From assembly GCF_009914755.1 (NCBI RefSeq), contig NC_060927.1: a stretch of DNA of 64,000 nt; one strand, 5' to 3'. A program made the position numbers and the translations under genes. Positions 26,130 to 42,088 of the stretch are shown piece after piece. Source of the DNA: the human T2T-CHM13v2.0 reference genome, Homo sapiens. Every line of letters starts with the position of its first letter. Within the stretch, counting starts at the first letter, position 1. The notes under the pieces are model-generated. The model was not told the origin of the DNA. It saw only the letters and a program-made list of their open reading frames with translations, and did no database searches.

Positions 26130-29100
26130 ACATTTGTATAGTTGACTTTGTATCCTACAACTTTACTAAATTCAATTATCAATTCTAACAAGTTTTTGAT
26201 GGTTTTCTCTATATGAGATCATGTCATCAGAAAATGGAGACAGTCTCACTTCTTTCTTTCCTATGAGGATGCTTTTTATTTCTTCTCATGCCTAACTGCT
26301 GTGGTCAGGACTTCCAGTACTATGTTGAAAATAAGTGGGGAGAGAGGACGTTTCTTTTCTTCTCTCTGATTTTTCAACTTTTCCTCATTGAGGATGATGT
26401 GAGCAATGGGTTTATCATATTTGGCCTTTATTGCGTTGAGATACATTCTCTCTATGCCTAATCTATTGAGAGTTTTTATTATGAGAGGGTGCTTAATTTT
26501 GTCAAATGCCTTTTCTATATCAATTGGGAAAATCATATTATTTTATCCTTAATTTTGTTAATGTGGTGTATCACATTTATTGATTTGTGTATGTCAAACA
26601 GTCCTTGCATCTCAGAAATAAATCCCACTTTACCAATTGTGGTGAATGATTCTTTCAATGTGTTTTTGAATTCAGTTTGTTAATATTTTGTTGAGAATAT
26701 TTGCAGGTATGTTCATCAGAAATATTGGTCTATAATTTTCTTGTCCTTATCTGGCTTTGATATCAGAATAATGATAGCCTCATAAAATGGGCTTGGAAGT
26801 ATTCCTTCTTTGCTTTTTTGGAGGAGTTTGGCAATGTTAACTCATCATTGCATCTGGAAGTTTTTCTTTCTATATGGTGTGAGGTATGGATCTAATGTTA
26901 TATTTTTTCATATGAATTTCAAATATCTCAGAATTATTTATTGAATAATCTATCATTTCTTCCTAATATGCAATGTCCCTTAATATTATATATTAGACTA
27001 CCATGTGTGTTTATGTTTGCTATTGGACTCAACTCTATTTCCTTGAATTTTTTTATTCTATTCTAATTCTTCACTATTTGATTATTATGGATTTATAGCA
27101 TGTCTTAATATTTAGTAGAGCAAACATCCCTCTCACTGTTTTTTTCCATTTTTTTTTTTACTGTGGTAAAATACACGTAACATAAAAATTTATTATTTTA
27201 ACTATTTTAAATGGCTAAGGCTCCCTTCATTTTCACTGGTATTAAGTACATTCATACTGTTGCTTAACCATCACTACCATCCATCTCCAGAATTCTTTTC
27301 ATCTTGCACAACTGAAACTCTATACCCATTAAACAATAATTCCCCATTTCAACTTCCCCAGCCCCTGGCAACTACAATTCCATCATTTCTCTATCTTTTG
27401 ATTCTCTAAATACCTTATATAAATGCAATCACATAGTATTTGATTTTTGTGACTGGCTTATTTCAATTAGCACAAGTCATCAAGATTCATCTATATTGTA
27501 GTATATATCAGGATTTATCTTTTTAAGGTTAAATAAAATTCCATTGTATGTATATACCACATTTTGCTCATTCATTCATCTATTAATGGACACTTGGGTG
27601 GTGTCTACCTTTTATTGTTTCTATTCTTTTTTTGTTTTTGTTTTTTTCTTTCTTTTTGGTCTGCCTGAGTTATTTCAGAAGACTTGTCTTCAAGTGCAGA
27701 AATTATTTTTTCTGCTTGGTTTAGTCTTTATTGAAGCTCTCAATTGTGTTTTTTATTTCATTCATTGAATTCCTCAGCTCTAGAATTTCTGTCTGGTTCT
27801 TTGTTAAACTTCTCACTTGAATCATGAATTGTTTTTCTGATTTGGTGTACTGTCCATCTGTATTCTCTTGTATCCTACTGTTTTCTTAACATGATTATTT
27901 TAAAATTTTTTTCTGGTATTTTGTGTATCTGTTAGTAGAGAGTTATTGTGTTCCCCTGGAAGTATCATATTTCCTTGCTTTTTCATGTTTGATGTGTCAC
28001 TACACTAATTTCTATGCATCTGGTGGAACAATTGCCTCTTTGAATTTTATGAAGTAGGTTTCATAGGGAAAGACTTATTGGCATGAGTAGGTCTTGGGGT
28101 GTCGGTTGGGTAGAATGCATTGGCTTTGGATCTAGGTGGATGCAGTAGTGTAGTCTCCATGTAGTTTGTTCCAACTGGAATCCATACTCGTGAATTTTGC
28201 AAGTGTTTCAGTGGCCTAAGCTATGAGAGCGTGTGGTGGTAATGCCATGGCTTTGCCAGGTATAGACTTGCCGGACTGCCTCTCAAGTTGGGGGCACATG
28301 CATGCACATGACATGTCAGCTAACCTGGGGTCTGGATCACTAGGGTTGGAGCCATGGGTCTGTTACTCTGGCCAGGGGCATGGGCATGCGACTATTTAGC
28401 TGGCTTGGAGGCAGGTCTGCCTAGGATTGGATGGGCTTTTTTTCTGGTCTGGCATGTGGGCACAAGACTGCTTAGCTACATTGGGGGCATATCTTTCAGC
28501 AGAGGCTTGTGGGGCTGTTTCTCAGGCCCTTAGTTCTGGTGCAGGGCATTCAGCAGGCCAGAGGCATGTCTGTGTTGAGAAGGGTAACTTGGGGCTCTTT
28601 CTTGGTCACAGGATACAGGCACAAGGCTGCTTTGCTGGCTTAGGAATATGTCTGCTGGGGGTAGCCCATGGGGTTGTGTCTCAGGCTCTGGGTATGGGGA
28701 TGGCATGGGGTCATTGGGCAGGCCAGGGGTATGTCCATAAGGTTAATGGTGGGGACAGGGCTGTTTTTCAGGTCTTGGGTGGGGACACTTGTAGCTGCTC
28801 TGCTAGCCTGGGGGTGTGTTATCTACTTGCTGGCTTGTGGGCCTCTCCTGGTTGCAGGAGAGACACAGTGGTTAGGCCATTTCAACAGAGGTTTTGTCCT
28901 GAATGGGGCTGCAAGACTGTTTCTCTGGCTGGAATTGTGGGTGGTGGGGGTTGGTTTTCCTGCTATGTGGGACCAGAGCCACAGCTGATCCTAGGCCCCA
29001 GTTTCACACAACTGGGTTTGTGGCATTCAGTCATTCATGTGGGCTTGGTGGAATGAAGAGACAGCTCCAGGGCTGGAGGGGTGCAATAGCAACTGGTCCC

Positions 29101-32100
29101 ATGAGCAGGGTACACTCCACAAATGGCTCTGGTGTCAAGATGGTGCCATGGTGCAGCAGCTTGGCTCACAGTAGATGGGTAGGGAGTGGGGCGTGCACAC
29201 CTTATGATCCTAATCTGGAGTAATGCAGCTTCATGAATTCCCAGCAGCTCCCCAAATAATGTTCAGGTTTTGGAAAGACTGTGCGATACTTCTGTAGGGA
29301 GGACTGCAGGTGCTTGTGGTGGCATTGGGGGCCAGTGGGAATCTTCTGCCTATCTTTTCCCTGAAATGGGAAGTTATTTCTGACTCCAGGCCAATATGCG
29401 TGGGGGAGATGGGGCTGCAGAAGCAGGGTGACTCCATGTGACTTCCTGGGCTTTCCAATCACCACAGGTACTTCTTTACTCCCTGCCTGTGCTTTAGTTT
29501 TCTCCCCTCAACATTCCAGCCAAATCTTATTTTTTTAATTTGTTGCCTTGGTCCTTTCTTTTCAGGGGTGAAGGAAATGAGTACCAGGCACCTCTAGTGT
29601 GCCATCTTGCCTATGTCACTGTAAATTAATTGGCTTCTACATTTTAGTTATTGTGAATAATGTTGCTATGAATGTAGGTGTACAAATAACTCCTTGAGAC
29701 TCCACTTTCAATTCTTTTGACTATATACCCAGAAAAGGAATTACTGGATCATATGGTAATTCTAATTTTAACTTTTTTGAGAAAGTGCCATACTGTTTCC
29801 CACAGAGGTTATATCATTTTACTTTTCCAACAACAGTGTACAAGGGTTCCAATTTCTCCACACCCTCACCGAAACAATGATATTTTCTTTTTTTTTTTTG
29901 GTGGTAGCTATCCTAATGGATGTGTGGTGGTATCTCACTGTAGTTTTGATTTGCATTTCCATAATGATGAATGATGTCAAACTCATTATATTTTCATGTT
30001 GTTATTGGCCACTTGAGTGTCTTCTTTGGAGAAATTTCTATTCAAATGTTTTGCCCATTTTGAATCAGGTTGTTTAGTTTTATGAGTTCTCTATATATTA
30101 TGGGTATTAATTTGTATAAGACAAATGGTTTGCAAATATTTCCTCTCATTCTTTGGGTCGTTTTACTCTGTAATAGTGGTTTTTGATGCACACACAAAAT
30201 TTCCAAATTTTCCTGAAGTGCACTTTGTCTATATTTTATTTTGCTGCACGTGCCTTAAGCATCATTTCCAAGTAATCATTGTCAAATCCAATATTTTGAA
30301 GTTTTAACCATGTTTTCTTCTAAGAGTTTTATAGTTTTAGGTCTTACATAAAGGTCATGGGTCTATTTTGAGGTATTTTTTGTATATGATGTTAGTTAAG
30401 GGTCCAACTTTATTCTTGTGCATGTAGAGATCCAGTTTCTCAAAGAAAAAGCACATAGTTGGATCATGTTTTTTGATCTGTTCTGCCAATCTCTGTCTTT
30501 GATTAGAGAGTTTAATCCCTTTACATTTAAAGTAATTACTGATAAGAAGGAACTTACTTCTGTCATTTTGCTGTATTTTTTTTGTATAGCTTTTCTAAAT
30601 ATCTGTAGCTTTGTTGTCCTATATTATTGTCTTTTGTGTTAAGTTGATTTTTTAAAATAGTGAAACATTTAAGTTATTTTCTTATTTATTTCTGTGTATA
30701 TATTTTAGCTACTTTTTTTATGTGTTTACCATGGGCATTATAGATGAACTCCCAGAGCTATAACACTATAATTTGAATTTATACAAACTTAACTTCCATA
30801 ACATTCAAAAACTCTATTCCTTTAACAACAGTTCCATCCCCATCTCCTTCCAGCTGTTGATATCACAGTATTACATCTTTATACATTGTGTGTCCAAAAA
30901 CATGAAATATTTTTAATGCAATCCAAAGTTAAAATAATATTAGTTTTATACTAATAACTGTTTTTAGTAGAAATATTATTCTCGTAAATCATTTAGAAAA
31001 CAAAAAGTGGAGTTACACATCATGATTACAATAATACTAGCTTTTATAATTCCCTATGTATTTACCTTTACTGAGTCTTATTTCTTTATAAGGTTCTGAG
31101 TTACTGTCTAGTGTCCTTCCATTTAACCAGCAGGACTTCCTTTTGCATTTATTTTAGGGCAGATCTAGAGGTAACAAACTCCCTAAACTTTTGTTTATCT
31201 GGAAATGTCTCAATTTTTCCTTTACATTTGAAGTACAATTTTTCTGAATGTAAGATTCTTGGCTGACACTTTTTTTTTTTTCCACTTCGAATATATCAGC
31301 TCACTGGCTTCTGGCCTCCAAGTTTTCGGGTAAGAAATCTGCTATTAATCTTATTGAGGATCCTTGTGTGTGATGGATTGCTTCTCTCTTGTTGTCTTAA
31401 AACTTCTTTTTGTCTTTTAACAGTTTGATTATAATGTGTCTAGATGTGGTTCTGTTTGTGTTCATCCTACTTGGAGTTTGTTGAGATTCTTGGATGTTTA
31501 CATTCATGTCTTTCATTAAATTTCAAAAGTTTTTGGCCATTATTTTCTCAAATATTGTCTTTTTTCCTTCTCTCTCTTGGACTCCCACAATATATATTGG
31601 TCTGCTTCAGGTGTCCCACAGGCCCCTTAGGCTCTGTTAACTTTTAAAAATTCTTTTTATCTTTCTGTTCCTCAGACATGTAATTTCCAGTGACCTATCC
31701 TCAAGTTTGCTGATTCTTTTTTCTGCCTACTCAAATCTGCCTTTGAATCCCCTTAGGAAATTTTTAGATTTTCGTTATTGTACTTAATTGTACTTTTTAC
31801 TTTTCTGCTCCAGAATTTCTTTTTAGATTTTCTGTGTCTTTATGGATATTTCCATTTTGTTCATGTATTTTCTACCTGACTTTCCTCACATCTTCCTTGA
31901 GTTCTTTGAGCATCTTTAAAACAACTGTTTTAAAGTCTTTGTCTGGTAGACCTGCCATCTTTTTTAGGGACAGTTCTGTTGTTTTATTTTTTTCTTTTGA
32001 ATGGGCAATACTTGCCAGTTTTTGTGTATGCCTTGTGATTTAAAAAAAAAAACTGAATTTGAATTAAACAATGTGGTAATTCTGGAACTCAGACTCTCCC

Positions 32101-32820
32101 TTTTTCCCCAGAATTTGCTGTTTTGTTTTTGTTTTTTGGTGGTTGTAGTCTGTCTCTGAGCTGAGGATTAGTCTTAGGTCTAAGCTTAAGGCATTGTCAG
32201 GGTTTTATTTTACTTTTTTTCTGAGCCTGTGCCTTCCCCTGTGCATGCATTGTGACTTTCTAATTTCACCTGTGAAGTGGTGGTTTTTGAATGTCTTAGT
32301 CTCTAAAGTCTGGCTCCCAAAAGAGAAATAAGACAAAAATAAAGAGGTTAAAAAAAGTGTTGGCCCTTTAAATCCTTTGGAAGTCACTTCAGCCAGAGGG
32401 GGAGGGCTTACAATAATGTGAGGAGGTGCAATCACAATGGTTTCCACCTCTTTGCCTTCTCTGATTAGAAACAGCGATCAATCAGTCATCAGAGTACAGA
32501 TGCAAGATATTTAGAGAACAGGGTCTTTTATTGCCAATCTGGCTCTTGCAAGTTGTAAGTTGCTCCAAGGACACATGCATAGCTGCCTGCCATGGTGCTG
32601 AGGGGTGAGGAGTAGCTATTACTGTGCTAAGAGATAAACATGACAGAAATTAACCAAAATTTATCATCCAAGCCTTCCCCTGAAAGTTGCAAACCTTCAT
32701 AGAATTCAGATTTCCAAAATAGTTACATCAGACAGATTTTGCCAGTGCAATTGTTGTCTAAAAGGAGAGACAGATTTCTGAAACTTCCTACTCTGTTTTC
32801 TTCCTAGAATCCTCTAAATT
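26130..32820 (-). mobile_element. Cluster of nested degenerate L1M/L1MA/L1MB fragments (ORF2, ORF1, GC-rich 5'UTR at ~28100-29620)
   Basis: ORF 26276..26536 is RT-like ([22 protein letters not shown]); L1M 3'UTR motifs at 27150-27610; gccatcttg 5' terminus at ~29601. Confidence 0.7.
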
Positions 32821-32969
32821 CTTACCATTTTCTTAATAAATTAATTTTTGAGCAATAAATTGTACAAGTAAAATCCTTAACTCCCTGACATGGTGTGAAT
32901 TTTAATTAAGGTTTATTAAATTAACTGATTATTTTATGGATGATTCATGCCTTAGATATTGATTCTCTA

Positions 32970-33203
32970 CAACATGGGTTGCAACTACTGCCTGTCGGCC
33001 TGCTCCTGCTTAACACCTGCTTTTGTAAACAGTATTTTTTTGGGGTAGGGAACACAACCCTGCCTATTTATTTACATGTTGTTTGTAGTTGTTTTGGTAT
33101 TACAATTGCAGAATTTAGTACTACTAGTAGGAACCATATGGCCTACATTATATAAAATATTTACTATATTTTCCTTTATAGAAAATGATTAATACCTACT
33201 CTA
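32970..33203. mobile_element. MER58-like hAT-Charlie DNA transposon remnant
   Basis: cctgcttttgtaaa...catatggcctaca...aaaatatttactatattttcctttatagaaaa; ctctac flanks both ends. Confidence 0.65.
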
Positions 33204-34403
33204 CAGAAACATGTATTCAGTTGGAATTTTTTAGTTCTTGCCACATAGGTGTTATGTATTTTATATTAGGTTCATAGATAAGAATTTAGAGTTTCTAATT
33301 GTAATTGTAAATATAATAATATTTTTCTAAATTTTTCCATTGGAGAAGAATTTTATATATTACTTTTATTTCTGGACTCTATTGAATTATTTTATTAATC
33401 CTACTGCTTTTAAGCTAATTCCTTAAGATTTTAATCAGTCAACAAATAATAGCACTTTTCTCCTCTTTCCAAAATTTTCATCTTTCAATTTTCTTTCTTT
33501 TTTTTCTTGACTTGGATAAGACCTCCAGCATAGTTATTCAATGCTTGGAATGCCACTTGTCGTTCTTCTTTTGTTCCTAACTTTAATAAGAATGCTCTTA
33601 ATGTTTTGCTATCTAACACAAAGTTTGCTACAAATTTTTAATAGATACTATTTATCAAGTTAGGGAGGTTCCTTCTATTATTAGTCTTCTAAGATTTTTA
33701 TTAACATTCTTAATGAGGGTTAAATTTTATCAAATAGTTTTTCTTCTTCATCTCTTAATATGTGAGTTACATAGCTGTTAGGGGAGAGAAAACCTACCGA
33801 GACAAAGTATATTACACGTTTAATATGCTACCCAATTCAGTTCACTACTATTATGCTAAGAAATTTTGTATGTGTATTTACAAGTATAACAGGTTTATGC
33901 TTTTTTTTTCTTATGCTATTTCCAATTTTGGTGTCAAGTTTGTACTTACAGAATGAATTGGGATTCTTTCTATCCTTTATATGTCATAGTACCATTTATG
34001 TAACTTAGGAAAAGGAAATATAGTCAACACTAACCCTACAATTGAGTGTTCTCATAAATCATGTTTTACACGAAAAATGTTATTTAAGTGTCACAGATAA
34101 TTCCCCAAACATAATAATACCCACTGTAATCTAGGATGACGAATAGATTCATCAGACTTTTGGTTTGACAGCAAAGCAGAGAAACAGGTGGTCTGTTCCT
34201 GTAGCAAAAATAAAAAGAGAAGCTGACCACCTGGGCTGCAGGAAGGAAACTGTCTATCATAGGAGTTTGTCTTCAGAAAATTATTTTAAGTGAGATTTTC
34301 CTATCTTAGAAATGGCCTGTATTAGAAGTCAAATGTAGCCTTGAAGGTCATGAATGATTATGTATCAAGTAAATATACTTGCTTTGAAAATATTTTGCCT
34401 TAC

Positions 34404-34552
34404 CTTATTAATTCCAGCACCTTCAGTTTTACTAATAATTCCTTTTAAGCCAAAAGCCTTAAGAATTTCTGTAGCCATATTGAGCATAACATTAATTTCT
34501 TCCTTTGTTTTCACAGTGACAGCAATTTCTGGGTGATCATACTCTAAGTAGC
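34404..34552 (-). CDS. SLC9C1: SLC9C1 coding exon (~exon 20), 149 nt, YLEYDHPEIAVTVKTKEEINVMLNMATEILKAFGLKGIISKTEGAGINK
   Basis: ORF 34365..34592; acceptor ttttttag|GC, donor AAG|gtaagg. Confidence 0.95.
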
Positions 34553-35793
34553 CTAAAAAATAACAAAATATTTTTAGATTAAATAAGAACATTGTTTTAA
34601 ATGTTTTATGTGGACAATAAGCTAAGTTTCTGTTCTAAACCCATGGAATACCGCCCTCAACACAGAGAAATGTATCTCTTCCTGAAGGGGCCACTATGAT
34701 CAATCATAATTCACTAGTAGTGCCAGAGTTCTGCTGGATGTTTTCTTGGCAGCACTCATACTTGTGCCCAAGTCCATGGAGAAGGATAGGTAGCTTCGTT
34801 TCTAGGATTAACAGGTATACTTTTCTACCTGCACTGGACACTAGGAGGCTGCTCAGGGCTATATGTCTGGAGTTCATGACTCATTTTCTTATTCTGTGTG
34901 AATCAGAATTTTTAACTACAGATGATTTTGTGATTAAATACGGCTTCTGATTACTTCCTTTCACTCGTCTTAGGTCATCGTCCACTCAACCTGCCAGTGC
35001 ATCTAGATGACTCATACATTTATGCTCTTCTGCCCATTTCATCTGGATTCCTGAAGTCCATGAAAATTTCATCTTAGAGTCTACATTTGGGCTTTTCCTT
35101 GACCATAACCTCTTATCTGGCTTGGTAACTACCTGTCATAGAAGATCTCTCAAATGACCTCATCTCCAGGTTTGCTGTGTCCTTTTGTAGCTCACCACAT
35201 GGTATAAAATTTTCTTCTCCTCCTATACATGAACATTGTACTGTAGGGTTGTGACTGTGCCACTCTTAAGATTTGTCCTGCACCAGGAGCGTGACTTGGC
35301 ATGACTCAGAGAATAGGCTATTGCCATGTTTGACACTGGGCCTCCCAGCAGATATAACAGGATTCTGCAAGATTGTATTCTAATTTCAACTCATTTAAGA
35401 CCTAAATCCTTAAATGGCAGCTCTGTGGCAAGTAGAGGAAAAACGTAACTTCTTTTCTTGTGTCACTCAGGAAGGTACATGTATTTCTGGTTTGGAAAAA
35501 AATGGAATTTACAAGACTATAATGACATACATAATCATAGCATGCCAACTTGTCTAAAGAGAAATCAAAAGGCCTTCATTGTTGCATGAAGCAGAGAGAG
35601 AAAGTGTGAAGCGATATTACACTATTTCCATCTCAACTAGAAAATAAGATTGCATTGATTGTTGAGGTTACTCACTTCAGTATTGTTAGTGAGTAGGTTT
35701 CCTCAAAGATTAGCTCGAGTTATGAAAACCATTGCCTTTCTGAAGTGGTGATGATAAGAGATGGTCATGCTAAATAGGATGAGAGCTACTTAC

Positions 35794-35845
35794 CTAGCTC
35801 TTTTATAGCATGTTCCATATTCCTTATCACTTGCTTTAATAACAT
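35794..35845 (-). CDS. SLC9C1: SLC9C1 coding exon (~exon 19), 52 nt, MLLKQVIRNMEHAIKEL(G)
   Basis: Acceptor ttccttag|ATG, donor G|gtaagt; phase 1 matches next exon. Confidence 0.92.
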
Positions 35846-36109
35846 CTAAGGAACAAAAGAAATGTTATCCCCATTGGAAAAACAGACTGTTATAAAATGT
35901 CCTTACATTTGCAACTGATGGATTTTTAACCTAAGTTAATAGTTTTAAGAGAAGTAGGATGAAGAGGTTTTCAGGGGTTCGAATTGAATTTTGTGCCGCA
36001 GCACTTTTTGCTTCAGCTAAAGTAATAGAGAAGATAAGAGGTATAACCTAGCCCAATTTTGAGACATCTGAAGGTGAGTCATGATTCTGAAAAGTGCAGG
36101 CATGGTATT

Positions 36110-36258
36110 AATTCCTAATATAATTTGGATGTTTGTAATATGAAACGTTATAAAACTTAATTTGTCAAAGGGAGCTAAAATTTAAGATACAAACATTAGC
36201 CCAACAGAAAATTGTAGCCATAAAACTAGTAAACTGATTTTAGTCTATGTTTTATGAA
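36110..36258 (+). repeat. Copy 1 of a 149-bp local direct duplication
   Basis: Ungapped ~90% match to 39107-39255. Confidence 0.9.
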
Positions 36259-37332
36259 CATAGGTAGGTACTTTCCCATTCGGCTTTATGAGAGCCCCCA
36301 GATTTGTGATTCCAGGATGGCTTGCAATCTTAAGGGATTAGAAATTTTGGCCAAGGTGAACGAAAGTAGAAATTAGGGATAATAAGACAATATTTTAGGG
36401 ACTCAAGTCTTTTCATATTTTCTCCTGTGTGTCTCCAAATTCAAGTGCTAAATATCAGTGGTTAGAAAAGGTAATAAAACATAAGAAAATAGTTTTAAAG
36501 TTGCAGGAGGTGAAGAGAGGAAGATACTACTTTTTGTGTTCTACCACATATTGAATGTTCAGTTTCTCAATGACAAAGTTTTGGGCACATAAAATATAGC
36601 ATTGAGATGTTTTAAATCGTCTTGAAAAGTAAATATTGCATTCCACATAGCTGACAAACTTATGGGCACATATCGGTTTTAATCTGTCTCAATCTAGAAA
36701 GTAAAAATAATATCTAGAATTTAGGCCTTAGAATTATCTTTCCTGCTTACTCACTATGGAACTTTGGGCACAATCATTTAACCTCTCTGGGCCTCCTTTT
36801 TCTCATCTGCATAATGACAAAATCAAACTAGGTTTCCCTCTATTTTAATTATTGTTTTCTTTACTTCTTTCTATTTGCTGAATCACTTGTTTTTATTTCC
36901 TTTACTGTTTAATGTGTAGAAAACAAGGATAGAGAGAGATGAAAGAAGCTTTTGGGCATTATGAGGAAGCCCTGTTTTCTCCACCCTGCCTTCACTTCTC
37001 ACCTTCCAGTACTTCCTATTTTACACACCCATAGCCTGACAGATCTTAGAGCTTGCATTGGGAGAAAGCTAACCACTGCACTTGGGTTTTGTGATAGCCT
37101 CCACAAAGACAGAAGTGTGCCTTATAGGAGCCTTGTAACTTGCTAATATGGCACAGTTCATTTCAGAAGGAGGCATTTGAGTAATTTAAATGTAACCTAG
37201 TTTAAGTTTTTAAAGAAATGAATTAGAAAACCAGGAGTCAAAGACATCTGCATATATGAACAGAAAAAAATGATGGATGAGGGCAACTGAGGGCTGAGTG
37301 AACTCTTTTCTTAGGATTTAAGGTTTTCTTAC

Positions 37333-37482
37333 CTGTTTAATCTGTTTAGAACTTGTAATCTGATCAATTATGGTCATTATGTCTGCTTCGCCTTGGACAT
37401 AGCCTTTTAGTATTCCATACCAAAAGGTCTTCTGATGACTCATTCTTTTATCTATTATTTGCAGCAACTTTGGTGCTATGAG
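37333..37482 (-). CDS. SLC9C1: SLC9C1 coding exon (~exon 18), 150 nt, LIAPKLLQIIDKRMSHQKTFWYGILKGYVQGEAD...KQIKQ
   Basis: Acceptor aattcag|CTC, donor CAG|gtaaga; 50 codons, no stop. Confidence 0.93.
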
Positions 37483-39106
37483 CTGAATTAAACAGGACTT
37501 CCATTAATATAAATTGCACAAATATCATTTTATGATATGTTGATTAGTTTAATCAAAATAGTTAATAATAAGAAATTAAGTGCCCTCAAAGGTAACTACA
37601 ATAACCTGTCAAGGTTCTTTGTTATTTTTTTAGTGGTATCTTTATAACTTCATGACTATAGCTATTTCCCTATAACTAATAATTTGGGGGTACCTATGTG
37701 AAATTTATGACTTTATTCTTTACTTATTTTCCTTATAGAGAATTGGATGCTATTTTCAACTGGTTTCAATTCTTGGAAAACAATGCAATTAATCTTCTGT
37801 GCTTAGGTCATAAAATGACTAAATTACTGCCATTTTTGCATGCTAAATCTCCTATAACACCTCCTACTTGATGGTCTGGTCAGGTGAGAAACCACCACAA
37901 CCATACTGCCTGTTAGACCCCAAAATTAACTTCACTTCTCTCTGTTTCTTTGCTGAGGGTTGAAGTCTCCAGGTTATCAGCTACCATTGTGCAGTCCCCT
38001 AGCTTCTGCAGAGTTCATTGATCCCTTTGTTTTTCTATCTATGTTCCACAACCTCCATACTCTACCCTGCAACTACCTGCCACTAATCTCCAAAGGGTTT
38101 ACACTCATCTTTCAAGATTCAGCTCAAGTATCACCTAATAAATGAAGTCTTTTCTCATTCTGTGCATACTCCTGTTTTGCACTTATCCTACCATATAACA
38201 TTTCAATATCTAGATTACTCGTGATTTTTCTTCTACAATAAGCTTTCCAGGGGAAGAGACAATATCTAATTCATCTTCATATTCCAAGGACCTGTGATTT
38301 AACATAAGACCATAGTTCAGAGTTTTCTGAATATATCAACAAACTTTTCTAAGTTGTTTTATTAGTTTCTTCATCTGAACTATTTGTTAGGCTCTGTATA
38401 CCTTCCTATCAGAATTAATTCATCAGTGGAATACACTAGACTCGCCTTCCTCAGGTAAATTGTACTCTAGCACTACTTATGATCCCTTAGAATACCGAAA
38501 AAGCAGACTACTGGTTCTGTACTCTTTGACCTAGTTGATTTATGCCTCTCAGTAGCAAAAATGTTTTAAATTATTCCTTACATGTGTAAGAAAGATCTAA
38601 ATGTAAAGATTCTATTAGTTTTATCTCCATACAAACTATGTTTTATTTAACTGTATCACTCACAGTGCTTATATATGCATGTATCTTGTTTGTGTATGAA
38701 TAGTGAAAAAGATAGGAAAGAGAGAGTATATCTGCATTCATATATATACTTATTTGTGGAGGAGTGAGTTTCATGTCATTGAAATAATCACACAGAAAAT
38801 AACCACCCATAATATTTGTTATAGAAACATGTTATTAGACAATCAAAGGTTATTTTTGAAACCATATTTCTATAATACTATATGTATTTTTTCCTTGATT
38901 TGTATAAATGTAGGATATTTTCTTTGTCCCTATAAATAGTTTGCATGGTTGTTTTGTTAACTTCCATCTTTTATTCCCCAAATATCTATAAAAATAAACA
39001 TTACATGGAGGTTAACTTACACTTGCATTAATATAGAATTTCTCATGTGCTGTCTATTTAAAGGAAAAGTTGTGATGAGTATGTCTATACTTTCACATGC
39101 TAAACA

Positions 39107-39255
39107 AATTCCTAATATAATTGGGATGTTTGTAATATGAAATGTTATGAAACTTAATTTGCCAAAGGAAGCTAAAATTTAAAATATAAACATTAACCCA
39201 ACAGAATATGTTAACCATAAAACTAGTAAACTAATTTTACTCTATGTTTTATGAA
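39107..39255 (+). repeat. Copy 2 of a 149-bp local direct duplication
   Basis: Ungapped ~90% match to 36110-36258. Confidence 0.9.
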
Positions 39256-39300
39256 ACAATCAGTAGGAATTAGAAATTGCACGATTTACTGGTTCTTTAC

Positions 39301-39486
39301 CTTGAAAATGCGTAGTATACGAAAAAATTGAACAACTTTTATAAAGACTATTACTTCAGTCTCATTAAAAATATACTTAATGGTGTCTATTTCAATAAGT
39401 ATTACATGTAAGATGCCAATTAATGTAATTGCTAACTCGAATATGTTCCAGGCATGTGAAAAAAAGTCCTTCCTCATTGCTGCTAT
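39301..39486 (-). CDS. SLC9C1: SLC9C1 coding exon (~exon 17), 186 nt, voltage-sensor S3-S4 (IAAMRKDFFSHAWNIFEL...FFRILRIFK)
   Basis: ORF 39286..39477; WNIFE motif of S3 and RxxRxxK of S4; acceptor caacag|ATA, donor AAG|gtaaag. Confidence 0.95.
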
Positions 39487-40066
39487 CTGTTGATTTAAAA
39501 GGAAATTACATTATCATGTTTGTTTCTGCTTTTACTACACCATTTTCCACAATAATTTAAACATCATGTTAGGCTTTTCTCTTATCTACTCCACATGTAT
39601 GAAATATCCTCAGGAAACCAAAATCAAACAAACAAGTTCATCAAATTTATCTTGTAATAAAGGAATACTCCTAGAACTATTAATTTAGGATTGGGTTTAA
39701 AGGACAGGTATAATGAAAACAAACAAATGTATATAATGACACCAGTAAAAAGTAGCGACAATGAAAAGGCAAATTCAGACAAAAATGTAGTACGCCAGGG
39801 TGTTTTAATTTAAAACAAGTTGCCCTAAATGCCATAAAAATCCTGGGGGTTGCATCCATTTTTTATTATTTTATAATTTATATCCAAAATGATGATTCTG
39901 AGTAGTCAAAACAAAATTAGTTTATGTTTGTTGTGACACATGTGGGCAAAGTTTTTATTAAAGTAGTTCAAGATTTAAAAATATATTTATTAAAAGATTA
40001 TGCTTTCTTCACTAAATTCACTTGTGTAATTTCATTCTGGGATAACGCAGAATAAGTTATTTTTAA

Positions 40067-42088
<2,022 letters not shown>

